Positions 9,118 to 18,468 of a stretch of DNA of 64,000 nt are shown here, in pieces. The stretch covers positions 384,001 to 448,000 of the forward strand of contig OZ241892.1 in the NCBI GenBank assembly GCA_965203485.1, read 5' to 3'. The notes beneath the pieces are model-generated. The model saw only the letters and a program-made list of their open reading frames with translations. It was not told the origin of the DNA and searched no databases. This DNA is from Longimicrobiales bacterium (GTDB lineage Bacteria; Gemmatimonadota; Gemmatimonadetes; Longimicrobiales; Gaopeijiaceae). Within the stretch, counting starts at the first letter, position 1; each line of letters begins with the position of its first letter. The position numbers and the translations under genes are program-made.

Positions 9118-10766
9118 GAGAGTCCCGCCGAGCACGGCCCGCTGGATCCGAGGAGGCCGGAACGCACCGGCCGCCTGCGGAGTCGCCGGCCCGCCGCGTC
9201 GCCCGTGGCGGACTTCTTGCGGCTCTGGCTTTGGCCGGGTGCGAGGCCGCGCCCGCCTACGACCTCGTGTTGCGGGGCGGCCAAGTGCTGGACGGAACCG
9301 GCGCCCCGGCGCGCGTGGCCGACGTGGCAGTGCACGAGGGACGCATCGCGGCCGTGGGACCCTTGGGCGACGTGTCCGCCACGCGCGAGCTGGACGTGAC
9401 CGGCCTCTACGTCGCTCCCGGCTTCATCGACTCGCACTCCCATGCGGGCCCCGGCTTGGCCACGCCGGAGCTGAGCCACGCCGAGCCGCTTCTGGCCCAG
9501 GGGATCGCGACCGTCCTGGCGAATCCGGACGGCGGCGGCCCGGTCGATCTGGCCGGCCAGAAGCGCGCCTTGGAGACGGACGGCCTCGGCGTGAACGTCG
9601 CGCTCATGGCGCCCCACGGCTCGGTGCGGCGGGCAGTGATGGGCATGGAGGACCGCGACGCCTCGGCGGACGAGCTGGACCAGATGCGGACCCTGGTGCG
9701 CGCCGCCATGGACGAAGGCGCCTGGGGCCTCTCTTCGGGCACGTTCTACGCCCCCGGCAGCTACGCGGACAACGCCGAGCTGGTCGAGCTGGCCCGCGTG
9801 GCGGCCGAATACGGCGGCGTCTACTCCAGCCATATTCGCGACGAGTCGGACTATACGATCGGCCTCGAGGCCGCCGTCGAGGAAGTGATCGACGTGAGCC
9901 GGCAGACCGGAATCACGGCTGTGGTCACGCACGTCAAGGCTCTCGGCCCGCCCGTTTGGGGCGCGTCGGCGGCCGTCGTCGAGCGCATCGAGGCGGCGCG
10001 GGCCGCAGGACTGCCGGTGTACGCGGACCAGTATCCGTACTTGGCGTCGGCCACGGGCTTGTCGTCCGCCCTGCTGCCCCGCTGGTCGCAGGCAGGCGGC
10101 GCCGGCGCCCTTGAGGAGCGGCTCACCGATCCGGCGACGAGGGCGCGCATCCGAGAGGCGGCGGTGGAGAACTTGGCACGCCGCGGCGGCGCCGAACGCA
10201 TCCAGTTCCGGAGCTTTCGCGAGGACCCCTCCATCGAGGGGCGGCGGCTGTCCGAAGTCGCGGCGGAGCGCGGAGGCGATCCCGTGGACGTGGCGCTGGA
10301 GCTCGTCCGCGAGGGCGGTCCCTCCATCGTGTCGTTCAACATGCACGCGGACGACGTGCTCCGGCTCATGACGCAGGAGTGGACGATGACCTCCTCGGAC
10401 GGCGGCCTGCCCGCGTTCGGCGTGGGCGTGCCCCATCCGAGGTCCTACGGCGCCTTCGCGCGCAAGATCGGAAAGTTCGTGTTCGAGGACCGGGCCATGT
10501 CGCTGGAGGCCGCGGTGCGCAGCATGACGGGCCTGCCGGCGGACGTGCTGGGCATGGCCGACCGAGGGCGCGTCGCCGAGGGCATGGCCGCCGACGTCGT
10601 GGTGTTCTCGGACTTCTTCAAGGACAACGCCACCTTCGCCGAGCCCCACCAGCTGTCGTCGGGCGTCGTCCATCTCTTCGTGGCGGGCGAAGCGGCCATC
10701 CTGAACTCCGCGTTCACGGGCGCGCGGGCCGGATCGGTGCTGGCGCGGGAGAACGTTCGCCGCTGA
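9114..10766 (+). CDS. N-acyl-D-amino-acid deacylase (amidohydrolase family), lipoprotein
   Basis: VAPGFIDSHSH, YSSHIRDE, ADQYPY, SSDG, PHPRSYGAF; lipobox LAGC; GTGA overlap with the ggt stop. Confidence 0.9.
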   Translation: MRESRRARPAGSEEAGTHRPPAESPARRVARGGLLAALALAGCEAAPAYDLVLRGGQVLDGTGAPARVADVAVHEGRIAAVGPLGDVSATRELDVTGLYVAPGFIDSHSHAGPGLATPELSHAEPLLAQGIATVLANPDGGGPVDLAGQKRALETDGLGVNVALMAPHGSVRRAVMGMEDRDASADELDQMRTLVRAAMDEGAWGLSSGTFYAPGSYADNAELVELARVAAEYGGVYSSHIRDESDYTIGLEAAVEEVIDVSRQTGITAVVTHVKALGPPVWGASAAVVERIEAARAAGLPVYADQYPYLASATGLSSALLPRWSQAGGAGALEERLTDPATRARIREAAVENLARRGGAERIQFRSFREDPSIEGRRLSEVAAERGGDPVDVALELVREGGPSIVSFNMHADDVLRLMTQEWTMTSSDGGLPAFGVGVPHPRSYGAFARKIGKFVFEDRAMSLEAAVRSMTGLPADVLGMADRGRVAEGMAADVVVFSDFFKDNATFAEPHQLSSGVVHLFVAGEAAILNSAFTGARAGSVLARENVRR

Positions 10767-10979
10767 AGCGAGTCAGGTCGGGCGGCCGCGTGGCTGCTTG
10801 GCCAGCGACGTGCGATTGCTTGGTCTTCGCCGCCAAGGCACGAGACGGCCGTCCAGCGCCTCGTGAGCTTCGCGTCGAATGTCCCGGCGCAGCGCTCGCT
10901 CCGACTCGGCGGGCGTGAGTGAATGGCGGCCGGGCTTGTCGCCGAGCCGGCAATCGGGCGGCCGGATCCTCCACGGGCG

Positions 10980-11008
10980 GGAACTTCTTCGAGGCCTCCG
11001 GTGTACTT
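10980..11008 (+). promoter_or_regulatory. Candidate ECF-type promoter GGAACTT-N16-GTACTT upstream of the ECF sigma gene
   Basis: RpoE-like -35 element with 16-nt spacer; the same architecture occurs at 24951-24980 (+) and 18581-18609 (-). Confidence 0.45.
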
Positions 11009-11069
11009 GCTAGCAGGCCCGGCTCCGCAACGGAGGAACGGGCGGCTACCCGCAAGGAGCAGGAGAACG

Positions 11070-11690
11070 ATGACAGACCCGAACACGGCGCGACCCTTGG
11101 AGGCTCCTGCGGACGACCAGACGGCGCCTCCCCAGGAAGGGGACCTCGGCAGGGCCGACGGGAACGCCGAGGCCGCCGACGGCGGCCGGTGCATCACGGA
11201 CGAACACTTTGGGCACTTGGTCGAGCAGCACCGGACCTGGCTTCTCCATGTCGCGGAGCCCTACCGAGGCCGAGCCGTAACCGCGGAAGACTTGGTTCAA
11301 GAGGGAATTTGGGCGGCCTATCGCAACCTACACAAGCTGCGCAAGCCGTCGGGAGCGCGAGCTTGGCTGGCGCGGTTCGTTCGCTACGCCGGTCTGAAGG
11401 CTGCAGAGAAGCACCGGACACGGGCCGAGCTGATGGAGAGCTACGCTGTCACGCGAGAGCAGGAGTACGCCGATTCGCCTGAAGAAATCATGGAGCGCAG
11501 GATGAGGAACGAGGCGCTCGACCGCGCAATCGACCGCCTGCCCGCCGGCATGCGAGCCGTGATCAATTGCCGTCGCGACGGACTGTCGGTGAGAGCGACC
11601 GCTCGACAGCTCGACATGCCGGAGGGCACGGTGAAGTGCTACACCAGCCGTGGCATCAAGGCGTTGCGCGAAGCCATGCGCCAGGCCTGA
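11070..11690 (+). CDS. ECF-type RNA polymerase sigma-70 factor
   Basis: Region 2 (AEDLVQE...WLARFVR) and region 4 (AIDRLP...GLSVRATARQLDMPEGTVKCYTSRGIKALR); RBS AGGAG before ATG 11070. Confidence 0.85.
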   Translation: MTDPNTARPLEAPADDQTAPPQEGDLGRADGNAEAADGGRCITDEHFGHLVEQHRTWLLHVAEPYRGRAVTAEDLVQEGIWAAYRNLHKLRKPSGARAWLARFVRYAGLKAAEKHRTRAELMESYAVTREQEYADSPEEIMERRMRNEALDRAIDRLPAGMRAVINCRRDGLSVRATARQLDMPEGTVKCYTSRGIKALREAMRQA

Positions 11691-11695
11691 CCCGC

Positions 11696-12625
11696 ATGTC
11701 CTCGTCCCTCGGCGCCGTTCTGCTCGCCTCGTTGGCGTTCGTCCCGCCCGCGTACGCGCAAGTCGACGCGTTTCCTGCGACGTCGCAGCAGTACCGCTGG
11801 GGACGGATCGTCTATCCCGTCCAGGAGCACGCCGAGCTCGGCGGGCGGGCGGGGTTCGAATCCATCGACAGCATCATCGGCGCCCTGGCAACGCGGCCGC
11901 AGTTCCCCGGATTGCCGCCCACTGCCCGCTTCGACGATCGCGTGACGATCAGCTTTGCGGTCGCCGAAGCGAAGGTCGGCATCGAGGGCTGGAGTCGGCC
12001 GGAGCAGGCCTTGATCGTCCTGCCCCTGGACCGATTCTTGGCGTGGGACGACGACCGGCTCGGCCGCGTCCTTCGCCACGAATACGCCCATATTCGGATG
12101 CATGCCTTTCTGGGTCTGGACGACCCGCCCCAGTGGTTGCAGGAGGGGTTCGCCGAATGGGCCGCCGGGGGTCTCACGTGCCAGAGCGCCTGGCGGCTGT
12201 GGTTCGACGCGCGCCAGAGGAGCGACTCCGAACGGTCGCCGCCGCTGAGCGACCTGTGGCGGAAGTATCCGGACCGGCTGGCGTACGACTACTCGGCGTC
12301 GTTCTTCGAATTCTTGGAGGCGAAACGGCCCGGATTCGTGTCGGGAGGCAGCCTCATGAAGGCCATCAGGGACTACGGTCTGGCGAGTGCCTTTGCAGCG
12401 GTGTGGGGTGCCGAGCTGGAAGTGGCCGAAGACGACTGGCGGCGCTACCTTGCCGACCGATTCGAAGAGGAGCCGGACAGGCGCGGTTGCAACGAGGCCC
12501 TGGTGGTGGGACAGCGAGGCGCAGTGCGCCCGGCGGAGAACAAGCGTCAGGAACCCGGCCGACCGAGGGCCCCATCGGCGGTCGGCGGGCCCGCGTTGCA
12601 ACCAATCTCGATTTCATCGGGATAA
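11696..12625 (+). CDS. Secreted zinc metallopeptidase, peptidase MA-like (gluzincin)
   Basis: Signal peptide ending AYA|Q; HEYAH plus PQWLQEGFAEW third-ligand motif. Confidence 0.8.
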   Translation: MSSSLGAVLLASLAFVPPAYAQVDAFPATSQQYRWGRIVYPVQEHAELGGRAGFESIDSIIGALATRPQFPGLPPTARFDDRVTISFAVAEAKVGIEGWSRPEQALIVLPLDRFLAWDDDRLGRVLRHEYAHIRMHAFLGLDDPPQWLQEGFAEWAAGGLTCQSAWRLWFDARQRSDSERSPPLSDLWRKYPDRLAYDYSASFFEFLEAKRPGFVSGGSLMKAIRDYGLASAFAAVWGAELEVAEDDWRRYLADRFEEEPDRRGCNEALVVGQRGAVRPAENKRQEPGRPRAPSAVGGPALQPISISSG

Positions 12626-12726
12626 AGGGGTAGGAGCGGGATGGAACGAGGCCAATCCGTCGGCCGACCCGCCCGGGAGGCCGCGAGGGCGGCCTGCCAT
12701 TCACACTCACGCGAGGAGTAGAGACC

Positions 12727-13248
12727 ATGAAGACGGCTGTCACACAAGCTGCCTGGATGGTGGCGGCAATCGCGGCGTTGGCGGCATCGCCGATGGCGGC
12801 GGCCGCGCAGCAGGACTGCGGCCGCACGTGCCATTCGTGCGGCTTCCTTAAGCTCTCCGACGAGGGCAGAGACTACGTGGGCAGGGCAAACGGCTTCGAC
12901 ATGGATTGCCGCTTCCTGAGTTGCCGGCGTTGCCAGCTAGCGCCGAACGACGTCGGCGACGCTGGCCTTCCGGCCGCCCACGCCCTGCGTGCGATCCAGG
13001 GAGCCTCGGCGGACTCGCTGTCTGCACTGGTCGCTCACTATTCCGGTCGCTTGCTTCTGGACGAGTCGCGACGGTTGCTGGCGATGCGGGGTATCGGTTG
13101 TGCAAGCGACCATGTGACGGCGGTCGTCTTCTTGAGCCGAGAGACAACGATTGCCGTAAGCGCCCTGATTGACGGGCGCCTGCCCGCTGTCGTTGCGCCA
13201 CGGCCGATGCCGGGATCTCGCAGCTTGGACTTGGAGGGTGGGCGATGA
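12727..13248 (+). CDS. Secreted Cys-rich hypothetical protein, copy 1
   Basis: RBS GAGGAG; Ala-rich signal peptide ending AAA|Q; CX3CX2C-X22-CX4CX2C; clear paralog at 14519-15040. Confidence 0.8.
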   Translation: MKTAVTQAAWMVAAIAALAASPMAAAAQQDCGRTCHSCGFLKLSDEGRDYVGRANGFDMDCRFLSCRRCQLAPNDVGDAGLPAAHALRAIQGASADSLSALVAHYSGRLLLDESRRLLAMRGIGCASDHVTAVVFLSRETTIAVSALIDGRLPAVVAPRPMPGSRSLDLEGGR

Positions 13249-14462
13249 AGGCACATCTGAAGTCGCTGGTTGCGCTCCGTCGCCCGGGAACGTGGTGCGT
13301 TGTCGCGACGTCATGCATTGGCGCGTGCCAGCCAGACGATGCGAGCCGGAGTCTGGATTCCTTCGTCGACGGCACGTGCGCGATTCCCGAAGTCAATCAA
13401 GAAGAAGGTCGTATTCGCCTTGAGCTGGCCGCCCAACTAGGTACGGACGATTCGGAAAACGCGGCGCTCATTCCGGTTCCCGGCGCGACTCACCCGGTCC
13501 GCGACCGCTTGGGCCGATATTGGGTAGGCCAGACGGGAGAGTTGCTGTTGTTCGAACCGGGCGGCTCTTACGCCGCGACGGTGGGAAGAAAAGGGCAGGG
13601 TCCGCTGGAGTTCTTGGATGCGTTGCCGTTCTACGTTGATCCGCTTGACCAAGTGCACGTCTTGGACCCAGAGAACGGCAGGGTATCGGTGATTCGTCAA
13701 GACCTCTCCCTTGCAGCCGCCATCTCGTTGCCGGCGTGGGTTCACGACATCGTGCCTCTATCCGAAGGGGATCGCTATGCGTTCACGTCCTGGATCACCG
13801 ACGGCGAGAGCGCGGGATTTCCGATTCACGTCTTGGACGGCGGCGGGATTGTGAGGTCAATCGGCGCCCTCCCGGATGATCAATCCTCCGAGGCTGCCGG
13901 CGACGTGCTCGTTGCCAGCATGTATCTGGCCAAGGGCGCAGGAGATCTGCTTTTCAGCGCTCATCGCGACCGGTACGTGGTCGATGCTTGGCGGAGCGAT
14001 GGATCGAGCGCCGGACGCCTGGAGGGACCCGTGCTCAACGGACGAGCCGAAGCTTCACAACTTCCGGGTGATGCCCAGCCGCCGCCGAACATCATTAAGG
14101 ACATACACGTCGACGACGACGAGAGACTGTGGGTGATCGCCGCGTTCACAAGGTCGAATTGGCGGGACGCCATGATCGAGCGAGTGGCGCCGGACGGTAG
14201 CGTGATTTTCGTGCCAGCCGACATGGACGCCGTTGGGAGGATATGGCGATTTCGTTTGGACGTCATCGACTTGGGCGCATGTCGGGCAGTGGCTTCCCAA
14301 TGGCTGGATCGCCCTACCAGCCTGGGATTTGGTTCCTTTCTGCCGTCTCGAGACGTCGTTTCGTTGACGGATGGCATGTACGGAGACTTGGGAGCGTTGC
14401 TCGTCAACATTTGGAACGTCGAGTTGATAACATCGTCATCAGGAACACGTCCTGGAACTTAG
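13245..14462 (+). CDS. 6-bladed beta-propeller lipoprotein, copy 1
   Basis: Lipobox-like IGAC; VGRKGQGPLEF motif typical of NHL/6-bladed propeller lipoproteins; ATGA overlap with the upstream gene; paralog at 15037-16224. Confidence 0.8.
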   Translation: MKAHLKSLVALRRPGTWCVVATSCIGACQPDDASRSLDSFVDGTCAIPEVNQEEGRIRLELAAQLGTDDSENAALIPVPGATHPVRDRLGRYWVGQTGELLLFEPGGSYAATVGRKGQGPLEFLDALPFYVDPLDQVHVLDPENGRVSVIRQDLSLAAAISLPAWVHDIVPLSEGDRYAFTSWITDGESAGFPIHVLDGGGIVRSIGALPDDQSSEAAGDVLVASMYLAKGAGDLLFSAHRDRYVVDAWRSDGSSAGRLEGPVLNGRAEASQLPGDAQPPPNIIKDIHVDDDERLWVIAAFTRSNWRDAMIERVAPDGSVIFVPADMDAVGRIWRFRLDVIDLGACRAVASQWLDRPTSLGFGSFLPSRDVVSLTDGMYGDLGALLVNIWNVELITSSSGTRPGT

Positions 14463-14518
14463 CCGAGGACGTTGCACTAGATCGGCGACGAATACACCGA
14501 GGAACCGAGGATCATCAC

Positions 14519-15040
14519 ATGACATCAGAGAAGAAGCGAAGCCGTCCTGCCGTTATGGTGTTAGCGCTGGCGTTCGTGGTCGTTATGTCTCCTTTGCCTG
14601 CGATCGCTCAATTGGCAGATGGTGAAGACTGTGGAAACAGATGTCGGACATGTGGCTTCTTGTGGCTCTACCATGAAGGAAGGGGCCATGATCCAGACGG
14701 AACGAACAACATGGACTGTCGTTTTTTGGACTGCCTGACGTGCATTGGAGCGCCGACTTCCGTGAGCGATGTCCAGGCCACGGAATCGGCAGTGCTGGAT
14801 TCCATCCGCCGAGCCGATTCTCGCGCACTACATGCTCTCGCGAGGAAATACGCAGGTCGCCTAATCCTGAATGAGTCGCGAAATCTGCTTGCTATGCGCG
14901 GTTTCGGATGCCGCGCCGAGCAGATCACTGCTGTCATATTTTTGGGTGCGAACACGACGGCGGCCCTCAAGCGTCTCAATGTCTTGGAACTCACCGGCGC
15001 TGAAACCATGGCGACAAAACCAAGAGGTCCGGCCAATTGA
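14519..15040 (+). CDS. Secreted Cys-rich hypothetical protein, copy 2
   Basis: Signal peptide ending AIA|Q; CX3CX2C-X21-CX4CX2C; shares CGFL, EGR, MDCRFL and LLAMRGxGC with copy 1. Confidence 0.8.
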   Translation: MTSEKKRSRPAVMVLALAFVVVMSPLPAIAQLADGEDCGNRCRTCGFLWLYHEGRGHDPDGTNNMDCRFLDCLTCIGAPTSVSDVQATESAVLDSIRRADSRALHALARKYAGRLILNESRNLLAMRGFGCRAEQITAVIFLGANTTAALKRLNVLELTGAETMATKPRGPAN

Positions 15041-16224
15041 GCATTCCGCGCACGAGAATGGTTGGTCGGGCTGGCCGTCGGCGACAGTGGATTGCATGCG
15101 GGCTCGTCGGCTTGGGGGCATGCCGACCAGACTCTCCGAGAGGGTCCTTTATAGAGGGTACGTGCACGATTGCGGAGATCACGCAGTCACAGGGCCAGCT
15201 TCGCTTTGAACTGGCGGTGCAACTGGGTGGCGAGGGCACCGAACAAGGTCTGCTGATGCCGGTGCCCGGGACGACGCGTCCGTTGCAAGACTCCCTAGGA
15301 AGGTACTGGATGGGCCAAGGCACCCTGGGCGAGGTGCTGGTCTTCGAGCCGGACGGAACCTTTGCGGCGACCGTCGGCAAGAAGGGCCAGGGCCCGCTGG
15401 AGTTTCTCGATCCCGTTCCGTTTCACGTCGATCCAACGGGGCTGGTTTATGTCTTCGACTGGGAAAACGGCAGGGTCTCGGCGATCGGAGAGGACCTGTC
15501 GTTGCGCGCCGAGATGACTGTACCAGCGGCAGCCCACCAGATGGTCGGGTTGCCCGGGCGAATGCGATTTGCGGCCACGGCATGGGTTCCGAGCAGCAGG
15601 GAGGCCGGATTCCCGATTCACATTCTGGAAGACGGCCAGATCGTGTCGTCCGTGGGAGCTGTGCCCAGCGACCTCGCTGCCGACGTGCTGGAGGATTACG
15701 ACGTGCGGAACACGTTCCTGTCAACAGACCGTGACGGCAATATATTTTCCGTCGGCCGGCACAGGTACCGCGTCGAGGCATGGAGCCACGACGGATCGAG
15801 AATTGGACGAATAACAGGACCGTCTCTCGGAAACGAATGGCGCCGGAGCGTGCCGCTGAGCGACGATAACCCTCCACCGAACATCATGACGGACATTAGT
15901 GTTGACGACGATGGAAGGATATGGCTTCTCATGGCCGAACGACGACCGAATTGGATGGGAGGGATGGAAGAAAGGATTTCGGCCAGCGGCGATGTGTCGC
16001 TCATGCCGAAGGATGGCCTCGTCAGTGGCGTGTACCGCTTTCGCCTAGACGTCATCGATGTCGACGCGTGCACGCCGTTGGCGTCACAGTGGCTGGACTT
16101 CCCGGAAACTCATGGAGTCGGCGCCTTCATGGCGGACGGAAACCGCACTTCCATTGTCGACCTGACGATCGGAGAAATCGGCGATCCGTTCGTGCGGGTG
16201 TGGAATGTCGACTTGGTGCGCTGA
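15037..16224 (+). CDS. 6-bladed beta-propeller lipoprotein, copy 2
   Basis: Lipobox LGAC; VGKKGQGPLEF; shares ELAxQLG, GRYW, ENGRVS, AGFPIH, PPPNI, FRLDVID, ASQWLD and WNV with copy 1; TTGA overlap with the upstream stop. Confidence 0.8.
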   Translation: MSIPRTRMVGRAGRRRQWIACGLVGLGACRPDSPRGSFIEGTCTIAEITQSQGQLRFELAVQLGGEGTEQGLLMPVPGTTRPLQDSLGRYWMGQGTLGEVLVFEPDGTFAATVGKKGQGPLEFLDPVPFHVDPTGLVYVFDWENGRVSAIGEDLSLRAEMTVPAAAHQMVGLPGRMRFAATAWVPSSREAGFPIHILEDGQIVSSVGAVPSDLAADVLEDYDVRNTFLSTDRDGNIFSVGRHRYRVEAWSHDGSRIGRITGPSLGNEWRRSVPLSDDNPPPNIMTDISVDDDGRIWLLMAERRPNWMGGMEERISASGDVSLMPKDGLVSGVYRFRLDVIDVDACTPLASQWLDFPETHGVGAFMADGNRTSIVDLTIGEIGDPFVRVWNVDLVR

Positions 16225-16334
16225 GGCGGCTAGGTGACCGCGCGGAGTTCTCCACGAAGGCGCGAAGCGGCCGCTCGTCGCGTCCCGATCGTCGCGCCTA
16301 ACGCGCCCGGCGCCAAGAGCGGCGATCCGTTGGC

Positions 16335-17564
16335 TTACGGCGGCGGCGCGACGCCGTGGCGGCGCAGGACTTCGACGACGGCGTCCACGGGAAGGGCCTC
16401 GCGGGCGCCGAACCGGCTATTGACCGTGGTCGCCGTCAGGATGGAGTTGTAGATGGCTTCTTCGGTGGCCTCGACGGTGGCCTGGAAGAGGCCGGACATC
16501 GCGGGGTTCGCGAGCGCTTCGACGGTGGATACGGGGTTGCCGAGCCGTCGCCGCACCGAGGCGGCCGTCGAGAAGGCGATCACGTAGTCGCCCGATCCGT
16601 TGCTGGCGAACGATCCGGTGCGCGACAAGCCCATTATCGCGCGGCTGGCCAGGCGTTCCAGGTTGCGGGCCGAGAGCGGGGCGTTGGTGGCCACGACGAT
16701 CATGATCGAGCCTTGGGACTCGCCGTCGCGTTCTTCCGCGCGGCCTCCGCGCTCCCGCTCCACTTGCGCCCGGAAGGCGTAGCGTCCCAGCGCCTTGCCC
16801 ACCGGCGCTCCCGCGATCCGGAGGATCCCTCCGAAGTTGGACTGGACGAGCGCTCCCAGCGAATATCCCCCCAACGACGCCGGCAGCCGGCGCGAACTCG
16901 TTCCAATGCCGCCCTTCCATCCGAAGGCGGACGTTCCGGTCCCGGCGCCGACCGAGCCTTCTTCCACGTGGCCTCCCGACGCGCCCTCCAGCGCCTCGCG
17001 CACGTGCTCGGGTCTCACCGGGCGGTTGCGAACGGCGTTGAGGCCGCCGTCGTTCGTCTCCCCCACGACGGGGTTGATCGATCGCACGCGCTCCATGCCT
17101 TCCTGCGCCAGAGCCCACTCCGCCATTGCGTCGGCCGCTCTCCAGACGCAAAGCGTGCAGGTCAGGAGAAGCGGCGTCTCGAGTTCGCCGAGTTCGGCCA
17201 CCTGCGTCACGCCCAGCAGCTTGCCGAAGCCGTTGCCCACGTGAATCGCGGCGGGGACGCGGTCCAAGTAGAGGTTGCCGCCGTGCGGGCGGACGGCGGT
17301 GACGCCTGTGCGAACGCTGTCGCCTTCGACGACGGTGGCGTGGCCGACCAGCACCCCCTCGACGTCGGTGATGGCGTTCAGCGGGCCGGGCTGGAACACG
17401 CCGGGCTGGATGCCCAAGTCTCGTGCGCGGGGGCGGGCGGCGGCCTCTTGCGGCTGCGCGGGGGCGGCGAAGGCAGGGTTGCCGAGGGGGAGCACCGCGG
17501 TGGCCAGCGCGACGGAGGCGGCGTGGCGTCGGGCCGAACGGCCGAAGATGGGTCGCATGGTCAT
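16335..17564 (-). CDS. dmpA: DmpA-type L-aminopeptidase/D-esterase (peptidase S58, P1 family), exported
   Basis: RARDLGI, NAITDVEGVLVGH, NGFGK, VGETNDG, EGSVGAGTG, GWKGGIGTSSR, autocleavage G|SIMIVVATNAP. Confidence 0.9.
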   Translation of the reverse strand: MTMRPIFGRSARRHAASVALATAVLPLGNPAFAAPAQPQEAAARPRARDLGIQPGVFQPGPLNAITDVEGVLVGHATVVEGDSVRTGVTAVRPHGGNLYLDRVPAAIHVGNGFGKLLGVTQVAELGELETPLLLTCTLCVWRAADAMAEWALAQEGMERVRSINPVVGETNDGGLNAVRNRPVRPEHVREALEGASGGHVEEGSVGAGTGTSAFGWKGGIGTSSRRLPASLGGYSLGALVQSNFGGILRIAGAPVGKALGRYAFRAQVERERGGRAEERDGESQGSIMIVVATNAPLSARNLERLASRAIMGLSRTGSFASNGSGDYVIAFSTAASVRRRLGNPVSTVEALANPAMSGLFQATVEATEEAIYNSILTATTVNSRFGAREALPVDAVVEVLRRHGVAPPP

Positions 17565-17583
17565 GGGAATTCGCTCTCAGTTG

Positions 17584-18468
17584 TCAGTCCAGGGCGCCGG
17601 CCACCATCAGGGCCAGCAGCAGCGGGTGGTACAGAAGGGACCCGACGAACACGCGGCGGCAACGCTGGCGGGTGGGCTTGAGCAGGAAGGCGGCGCTGGC
17701 GGCCAGCATCGTGGCGCCCAGGGCCATCGCGCCCGCGAAGTAGGGTCCGCCGGCCATGCCGAGAAAGGCGGGCAAGGCGCTCGCGAGGACCAGCGCCCCC
17801 GCGTAGCCGACGAGGAACACCGCGACGACCCGGGACGACACTGGAGGGATGAGGTGGAAGCCGGCCCGCTCGTAGTCCTCGCGGAGCGTCCATCCCAACG
17901 CCAGAACGTGGATCAGTTGCCAGAAGAAGAGGATGCCGAACAGCGCCATCCCGCGGCCGTCCACCCCGCCTGCGCTGGCCGTCCATCCGATGAGCGCCGG
18001 CAACGCGCCCGGCACCGCTCCTACCGGCGTGGCCACCGGCGACCGGAGCTTGAGCGGCGTGTAGACGGCGTTGTAGAGAACCGCCGCTGCCGCCGCGACC
18101 ACCGCCGGAACCCATCCTGCCCAGAACGCCAAGTGCCCCACGCCGGCGGCCACGAGCACGGCGCCGAAGAGGCGGGCCCGTCCGGGGGCCAGGCGGCCCG
18201 AGGGCACGGGGCGGTCCTGCGTGCGCACCATCAGCGCGTCGGGACGCCGCTCCAAGTACTGGTTCAGCGCCAACGCGCCGCCCGTGCTCAGTCCGGTGCC
18301 CAGGACGACGTGCGCCACGTTCAGCCACTGCATCTCGGCTGCCGCCACGACGTGGGCGGCCGCGGCCGTGGCGGCCACGAACGCGGTGATCCCGGGCTTC
18401 GAGAGTTCCAGGTAGGCGGAAACGCCACCCCCCGGCCTAGCGCGGCGAACGCGCTCCTCAAGGCTCAC
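17584..18468 (-). CDS. cyoE: Protoheme IX farnesyltransferase (heme O synthase)
   Basis: YLELSKP, NQYLERRPDALMVRTQDRPVPSG, YTPLK, GAVPGALPALIGW, EDYERAG; multi-TM. Confidence 0.92.
   Translation of the reverse strand: MSLEERVRRARPGGGVSAYLELSKPGITAFVAATAAAAHVVAAAEMQWLNVAHVVLGTGLSTGGALALNQYLERRPDALMVRTQDRPVPSGRLAPGRARLFGAVLVAAGVGHLAFWAGWVPAVVAAAAAVLYNAVYTPLKLRSPVATPVGAVPGALPALIGWTASAGGVDGRGMALFGILFFWQLIHVLALGWTLREDYERAGFHLIPPVSSRVVAVFLVGYAGALVLASALPAFLGMAGGPYFAGAMALGATMLAASAAFLLKPTRQRCRRVFVGSLLYHPLLLALMVAGALD

Larger units (their letters stand above)
12727..16224 (+). repeat. Diverged tandem duplication of a two-gene module (about 1.7 kb unit)
   Basis: Both gene pairs align along their length at protein level and keep the same order and stop/start overlap. 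Confidence 0.8.

Noticed and set aside
12814..12836. CGRTCH as a heme c attachment site
   Set aside because: The spacing is CX3CH rather than CX2CH, and the His is not conserved in the paralog (CGNRCR).
12814..12845. CX3CX2C read as a radical SAM cluster motif (also in copy 2 near 14630)
   Set aside because: The proteins are only ~173 aa, carry signal peptides and show no TIM-barrel/SAM-binding motifs; disulfides or other metal binding are more plausible.
14454..14480. GGAACTT before Cys-rich copy 2 as another ECF promoter
   Set aside because: The GCACT element follows at 13 nt rather than 16 nt, so it was not counted as a match.
10767..16334. Accessory locus as an integrated mobile element
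   Set aside because: No integrase, transposase, tRNA or flanking direct repeats found; only composition suggests horizontal origin.
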